DNA from: Trichoplax adhaerens
Lineage: Eukaryota; Animalia; Placozoa
Reading direction: 5' to 3'
Assembly (NCBI RefSeq): GCF_000150275.1
Contig: NW_002060943.1
Span: 11,222,878-11,286,877, forward strand
DNA: 64,000 nucleotides
Under the pieces are notes generated by a model that saw only the letters and a list, made by a program, of their open reading frames with translations, made no database searches and had not been told where the DNA came from. Positions within the stretch are counted from its first letter, which is position 1; every line of letters starts with the position of its first letter. Shown piece by piece: positions 57,448 through 64,000 of this stretch. A program made the position numbers and the translations under genes.

Positions 57448-58228
57448 TTTTGAATAGATACATTTTAGATTAAAATACAGTTTTCATGTAACTAAAATTA
57501 TAAGTACTCGTCTTCAGATGATGAGCACTATCTATTTCTAGAGCATCCAGTATTTTATTTTTCATTTCCTCAAGTTTACTACTACAGTGGAAATTTCGTG
57601 TTTGCCTACTCAGTATTGCAACCTGTGGGTATACTTTATCCTATATTAAGCGTATATTAAAATTTTGGTGTCTGTGAAGTGGAGCATGGATTAATTGCAA
57701 GCTAGCTGTAAATATACTGTATATATATACATGTATAATATTATAAGTCATCAATTGAAAACCGTGATGCATTGTTAAATCATTATAATGAATTATAGTA
57801 ATCATGCAATCTTTATTGCAAAAAAATAATTGATCCTCTATAGCACTATAAATATTGTTTTAACTAAGAGCAAACCCTTTATCAAAATTTTATCATAAAG
57901 TCTTGCAAATTTAAACAATGCGTTAACAATTTCCTGTATTGCCGTATCATGAGTATGGATTAGAAATAAAATATCTAACTTAGCACGTCAAATATCTAAT
58001 CAAGACTAGTCATAACTTACTAAATGAACGATTTAGCACAGTTTCGGTCAAGTGTCGAGAAACGTCATTATGAAATGTCATACTTACAGCAACAATAAAT
58101 TATGCATGTTATCTTATTGCTTGATACAGTAGTCGTTACGACTGATTTTTAGGGTAATAAATCAATTATATGCAACGGTGTAACAGGTATATCTCAGAAT
58201 GTTGTATACAGACTGTTGTAAAATATAA

Positions 58229-61200
58229 CTATATGTTATTATTATCCGAACTATCTTCAGTGACTTCTGGAGGCCAGTCTAAATCAACGGACTAAATAAT
58301 TAGATATACGATTAGCTGAATAGGTTATACTGTATACTATATAGGATCAACGTAAGTGATATGAAAAATAGAATGAAATAGGTATGGCTAGATCTTACTT
58401 CAACATCCAACTCCAGAATATCGACTCCCATATTTAGTAGTGTACATAAGTTCGGCTTGGTTCTGCCCAAATCACCATGAACAAATTCCTTTATATAAGT
58501 GCCGGCCTGCGTGGTTAAGTATAGTTTAAAGTGATGGGCATCAAGATATTCGGTTTTCATCGACCAAATCATTCTGCAGCGAACAGCCAACGTTCGTCTG
58601 GAATTCCAATACAAGAAGAAACATTACGTCATAGTACTGATTTCACAATTACGATAATTTCTATCATGCTTATACCGGCATACTGATTGATGTAGTTAAA
58701 GTGCTGTATTACAAGACTGGCTGTGGCACCACCTTGACATCAATATTATAATTATTTACCTGTGTAGAACGCGCAGTGGTGTTTTCTGTTCTATTGTTAG
58801 CTCCTATCAAGTATGTAATCGTTACTTATCATTCGGGTTATCGACAGTTATAATACCTAATTTCGACATTTATCACCTTCATTTTGCATAAGGGCAGTAT
58901 TTTATCTTCGTTGATAGTCTCGCTACAATATACTAAAGCACTGAATCATGATATTAACAAGTCTAGATTAGTAGCAGTAATGAAATAACTCGTCCTTTTC
59001 CACTACTCGATTCATTGTTATTAAATCCTGAAATATGCTTGCGAATACCTGTAAGTTTTCGTCTTGTTTTCTTCTCCATCTTTGAGTTTTGATGCATCCC
59101 ACCTACGTCATGAATAAATAGATCTTACTGATAATCATGGTTTATTTAATGTGTATATGATAAAACAATTAAATGATATAACAATAGACCTTTTCACCAT
59201 TTGTAAGTCCTTAACTTTAATGCTATCTGTCGCAAAATTAATTTTCTAAAATGTCATAAAAGTAACTCGATGAGAAACAACGTCCTGCATATGCTGTAAA
59301 ATTAACAACAGATAATACAGTATATTAAGGCAGCGTACATTTTGTAACTGTAAAACCTCCATTTTTGTCATAAATGGTGAACGAGGATTTAGTATTTCAG
59401 CTATAAATGGACGTCCTAGCGTAAAATATTATGTACAAGGAAAACTCATAAATTATATATAACAATAAACATTGTATTTTATTGATATAGCTTCGATAGT
59501 TTACATTGTAAGTAACATGATCATTCCTATCAATGAGATATTAATGATAGTAACCTTTCCCTAGCATACGAACATCAATGTCTTCACGACCAGAAGATGA
59601 AAATTTACAACCTGTAAGCCATATAACCGTTTTTACAATAAATATTACAGAATATGATAATTGCGATTAATGTACGCAATTATCTCATTGCAAGCAATTA
59701 ACTATGACAGACCATCGGCATTCACTTTTGCTATGATTGGATCGCAGATAAGCTCCTACAATTTTGCATTATTATAATTTATTGAACTTAATTTTAATCC
59801 TTCATATGCGTTCGTATTAAATCCATATCTTATTTATAATTGTAAGATGAACTAGAGATACTATTCGTACCTGTACAGAAGTATCCCCTTTACGGATGCC
59901 ATCTATAATCCAAGGCGTTTGACTGATAGTTCGATCGTACTTATTATATCGCCCTTTAGGTAATGATCAAATAGTAAGATTTTTTTCATTGATATACGAA
60001 TTACATGCAAGAATATTTGAAAAAAGAGCTCCTGAAACTATAGCTGGTATTTCTATTACACAGGTACAAGCATCTACAACTTTGGAATGGAATATGAACG
60101 TCGAAAATAAATGGTAGCACTTGCCAGCCATAAAAATTGATTGACGATTAAAGTTCACTTTATATGTAACTGATTCAGATGTAGATTTTGGGGGGTAAGA
60201 GCTATATCTAGGAAAATTTAAAAATATGCAGTGATAATTAGTTACTATGAACATGGCTAAATAGTAACTAGGGTTTACTATATTTATACTTATACTTTCT
60301 AAATTCCTGGGAGGTAATTGTTTGAAGGATATTTCGTACAGACGTTGCATTAAGCAGTGGACTACCACAATGTTTCTATAAATTGATTGTAATGTAAAAA
60401 CAGATTCATTTTCTTAAGACGGCGTAGTTGCCATTGGTACAATATACCGTAAACTTATTCAAATTTTTAGCGCAGAAATATTACTTTAGAGAGGTGTGAT
60501 CTCCGCCGCAATTTTCTCGGCGGGGATGAGGGGCTGACATAACTACAATTTACATAAAGAAGTTCATAAATTTAAGAAATAATTTATATTAGCTTTTTTG
60601 AAGAGTTATGTATGACTAGTAGTTGTACTATATAAAAGATGTTTATTTAATGGTACTTAAGCACAAAAGACTATTTTTTATTTTTTTTGGAGTACTTGTT
60701 AAAGAAGTCATCGTCACTTTCGGATTCCGGAAATAAAAACTCTATCTTGACTTGAAATAAACTCTGTAACCATAGAAAATTAAAATAAGATCTTTTACAG
60801 ACCGTAACAACGATTGATAATTTAGTAGATACTAGCAAAATTTTACAACTAACCTGATATTTATGAATGACATTATAAAATTTATCTAACATTCCACCAC
60901 AAATCCATTTAAACGCTTCTTTAACGGTAACAATATCTTCGTATTGGGAATACTTCTCATATCTATTTCTGTTTTAGGTATAAGTTGAGGAATACAAAAA
61001 ATGCAATATAGACCTTGTGACAGCACTGTTATAGACCGAGTAGTAATTAAGAATAACTTTCACACTGGTGATACATATGACTGTTATTGTATAGCTGAAT
61101 CAAATTGGTTACATGAAGGAAATTGTAAATATATCACTCCGAACTATATACGTGCCTATTTGATATATTTCTGTGTACTGATCTAAATAATTTTTAACTC

Positions 61201-62141
61201 ACTTAAATTGTTCCTGCAGATAGATCCAAATAGAATGCTAAATTAATTGCAAATTACTGTTAGCAGATATATTGATCTTTGAAATCAAGTTTATAACATT
61301 TAATATCCATGATGTAAAGGTTACCTCTCGTACGATAAAGGCAGGCGGAAGCGATACACATAAATCGTAGTCTTTATACTCATATAAAGATTCAGTAATA
61401 TCCTTATGTAGCTACAGATTTCAGTTTTAAGATATCTTACTAATAGCATTTGTAAACAATACCATCAATTGATATGAATGCATTCTCCTTAGAATAAAGT
61501 AAATTTCTATCAAGTATGCAGATACCATACCTTCTCGACGAAACTTTTATCGCAATAATCTTGTAAAACACCTAAACATGTAGCGCATGGTATTTCTTTG
61601 ATATCGTTCTGTTTTTGTTCGGAATTTTCGATTAAAGAATTCGACTGTTGCTCATTACTTGCATTACTTTGATAAGCTATTAAATCGCTACTAGTAAATT
61701 CACCAAGGGACTGTATGGTATCGTTTAAAACCTAATAAGAAAAGATTTGTAAGATTGAGTGGCAACTATACAATTTAAGTTAAAGATTTTCGTTTTGTGT
61801 CGTGAATATAAAAAATTTATTTACTTCGCAGGAAATCATTTGCAATCTAATAAACATTTAGGAAGTAGACTAATGAATAAGGCACTTTAAAATTTTAGTT
61901 AGCTTTGATGGCTTAGCATTGTTATCATTATAGAGAAATACTCTAAGTTAATGATAATTTATAGGCCTCATATACAATAAGACCTTCACACAAATCATCG
62001 ATAACTTACGCAACGAGGTTGTTGGTAAACATCAATGTTTTTCTCGCCTAAAAAACGTAGAATGCATCTTGCGCAACAGGAAGCTCGCCGGAGTACATTG
62101 ACAATTGGTCCAGCAGAATTGGTAGGTTCAAATAAACGTAG
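58229..62141 (-). CDS. PUS10: tRNA pseudouridine synthase Pus10, multi-exon; start codon lies in an upstream exon (candidate ATG|GT at 63586-63588)
   Basis: CARCILRF and CATCLGVLQ (Zn site), FMAGRYNKYDRTISQTPWIIDG, FSSSGREDIDVRMLGKGRPF (catalytic Asp), QKTPLRVLHRR, TQAGTYIKEFVHGDLGRTKP, DILELDVESVDLDWPP; stop at 58229-58231. Confidence 0.95.
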
Positions 62142-63874
62142 CTAAGGATAACAATTATGGATAAGAACTGTTATCAATGCACTTACTGCAAAAACATACA
62201 GCAACTCATAAGTCAAATGTATGGTTTCCAATATGAGCAAATGAATTAGATCTTTAAGCAATATTTATAAATATTAATTTATGTATTTATTAATTATTTA
62301 TTTATTAATACCAATAAGTAACTTTGCTCTTTAATATAATTCAGTACTACCGATTGTAGAATGAGATCCGTTGGACATAAAGTAATAGCATTTAGAGTAA
62401 GTTGAGCTAAAATAAGTCCATACATGTATTAGGCATCGTTAGATACTACATCGTAAAGCCATCACTAATCGGCAGTATGCAACTGTAGATCATACAGTAT
62501 TTGTACGGTACTATAATATATTGCGTGTTCTATGTTGTACAACATATTGTATAACTACTGAACTCTAGAAAGGAAGCAGAAAACAGAAACTACAATGCTC
62601 TATAACAACATGAAGGTATACGAATTATCATTACAGTATACGTATGCGATTTCAGTTGTCGCTTTTTGTGCGTGTATAATGCATGCTCCATGCAGCTAGC
62701 AAAATGTATATTATTATTTTTCTTATTAATAGTGAGTTGACCAAGTTTATCCAGAATCTAGACCGTGTGAGTAATAATACGCGAAATAATATACGTATAG
62801 TGCGATGATATCATGGTATCCTAAGTACACAGGGCCTGCACAGAATAGAGCAGTATACTCTACTGTATTGCATAGGTGGTAGTAGGCAGATGATGATGCA
62901 ACTATCCAATTATAAATTAATCAGACCTGCAGTTAATATAGCACAATATAAGGGAAATAGTTATCGATGTACTGTGGCTCTTTCGTTGTTGCAAAGCTCA
63001 ACGAGCTAATTTTGCAAAGCACAGTAGGTTTTTTTATTTAGAATTGTAAATAGGCAATTGGCATATCATATCGTGTACAATACGAGTAGTCAACGTCGAT
63101 ATGATAGTTCATCTTGGTATCTCTCTATTTATCAGTATCCTTTATCATGATGAAAGTACAATTAAAAATGCCTCTTCCTCCAAATCATCCTCTCTTTACT
63201 CGTATGCATACGCACAATATATTATGGCAATATTTCAAATTGGACGTGCACGTACATTTAAATAGTGTATCGTCGAATGGTAAAAATTCACACAGGAAAA
63301 GAATCTTACTTGCGTTATTAATTTTTTTGCAGCCATGCAATCTATACACCAAGTTGAAGGCAGTTCATTTATTTTATCTTAAAAAACTAACTAAATGACT
63401 GATATATTTGCTTCCAGTCGTGGATTGCTCTAGCGGTTTCGGATTTGCTGCAACTGGAGCTACTGAAGTTGAGTACTGATGATACACATTATACACTCTA
63501 TACTGTACACTTTCTAGGAATGTTACTTTAGTATAGCGTATAGTACTGTAGCTAGTGTACTGGTACAGTCTGTATAGAACTGTACCATGGTCTCCGTAGC
63601 TATAGCATACTAGTGATAGGTGCAAATTCTAAATCTAGAATTACTGCAGTAGTCGTCTGATCATTTAGGTTAAATAAATGAATTAATCTAGGGAAGATTA
63701 GAAGACGCTTATTCTTGATTTCCTTACAATTAAATCTAGTAGTAGACTACCTAGCTAAGTTTATTATGTTCATTTAAGTACATGTAGGCAATTTTAAGGA
63801 TATAATGTGGTTGTAGCCAGTATTGGCAGGCTTGCTTCGTTTCCATAGAGTAGACAAGGCATTGAGATTCCATC

Positions 63875-64000
63875 ATGGAAGAAAATCAAGATCGCGATTA
63901 TTGTGACAATAGACAGTACCATAATGTTAAAACTTGGCCAGGAAAGTGTTCTGCATTCGATCAATCTCGTGATACTCATAATATTTTCATTTCCGTTGCT
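63875..64000 (+). CDS. 5' end of a probable gene divergent from PUS10, open at the window edge
   Basis: ATCATGG context; open frame MEENQDRDYCDNRQYHNVKTWPGKCSAFDQSRDTHNIFISVA runs to the last base; upstream TGTAC cluster at 63470-63590. Confidence 0.4.
   Translation, partial: MEENQDRDYCDNRQYHNVKTWPGKCSAFDQSRDTHNIFISVA

Overview
AT-rich, intron-rich eukaryotic (early-branching animal) DNA. Small introns at vertebrate-like positions, an intronless class A GPCR and scaffold gaps suggest the placozoan Trichoplax; this is an inference. The ORF track misses most genes because they are spliced, so I assembled models by hand from GT/GC-AG boundaries and reading-frame phase. In order: IST1 first coding exon (-), a 210-bp tandem array, MYDGF ending in HDEL (+), about 21 kb of gene-poor DNA holding one atypical GPCR (+), a TMEM272-like membrane protein (+), cytochrome b5 (-), DUS2 with dsRBD (-), a Lys-rich conserved unknown protein (+), a small orphan gene (+), TATDN3 (-), GPATCH11 (+), a Zn-ribbon protein with a fungal-like C-terminal domain (-), a divergent NSL1 (+), PUS10 (-) and the start of another gene (+). 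Highlights: dense (C)TGTACAG/TACAGTA clusters marking most housekeeping and head-to-head promoters; TATDN3-NSL1 divergent linkage as in human; two GC-AG introns; a GPCR lacking the Na+ pocket and amine-binding Asp but ending in a PDZ ligand. All family assignments are from recalled sequence similarity, not database searches.
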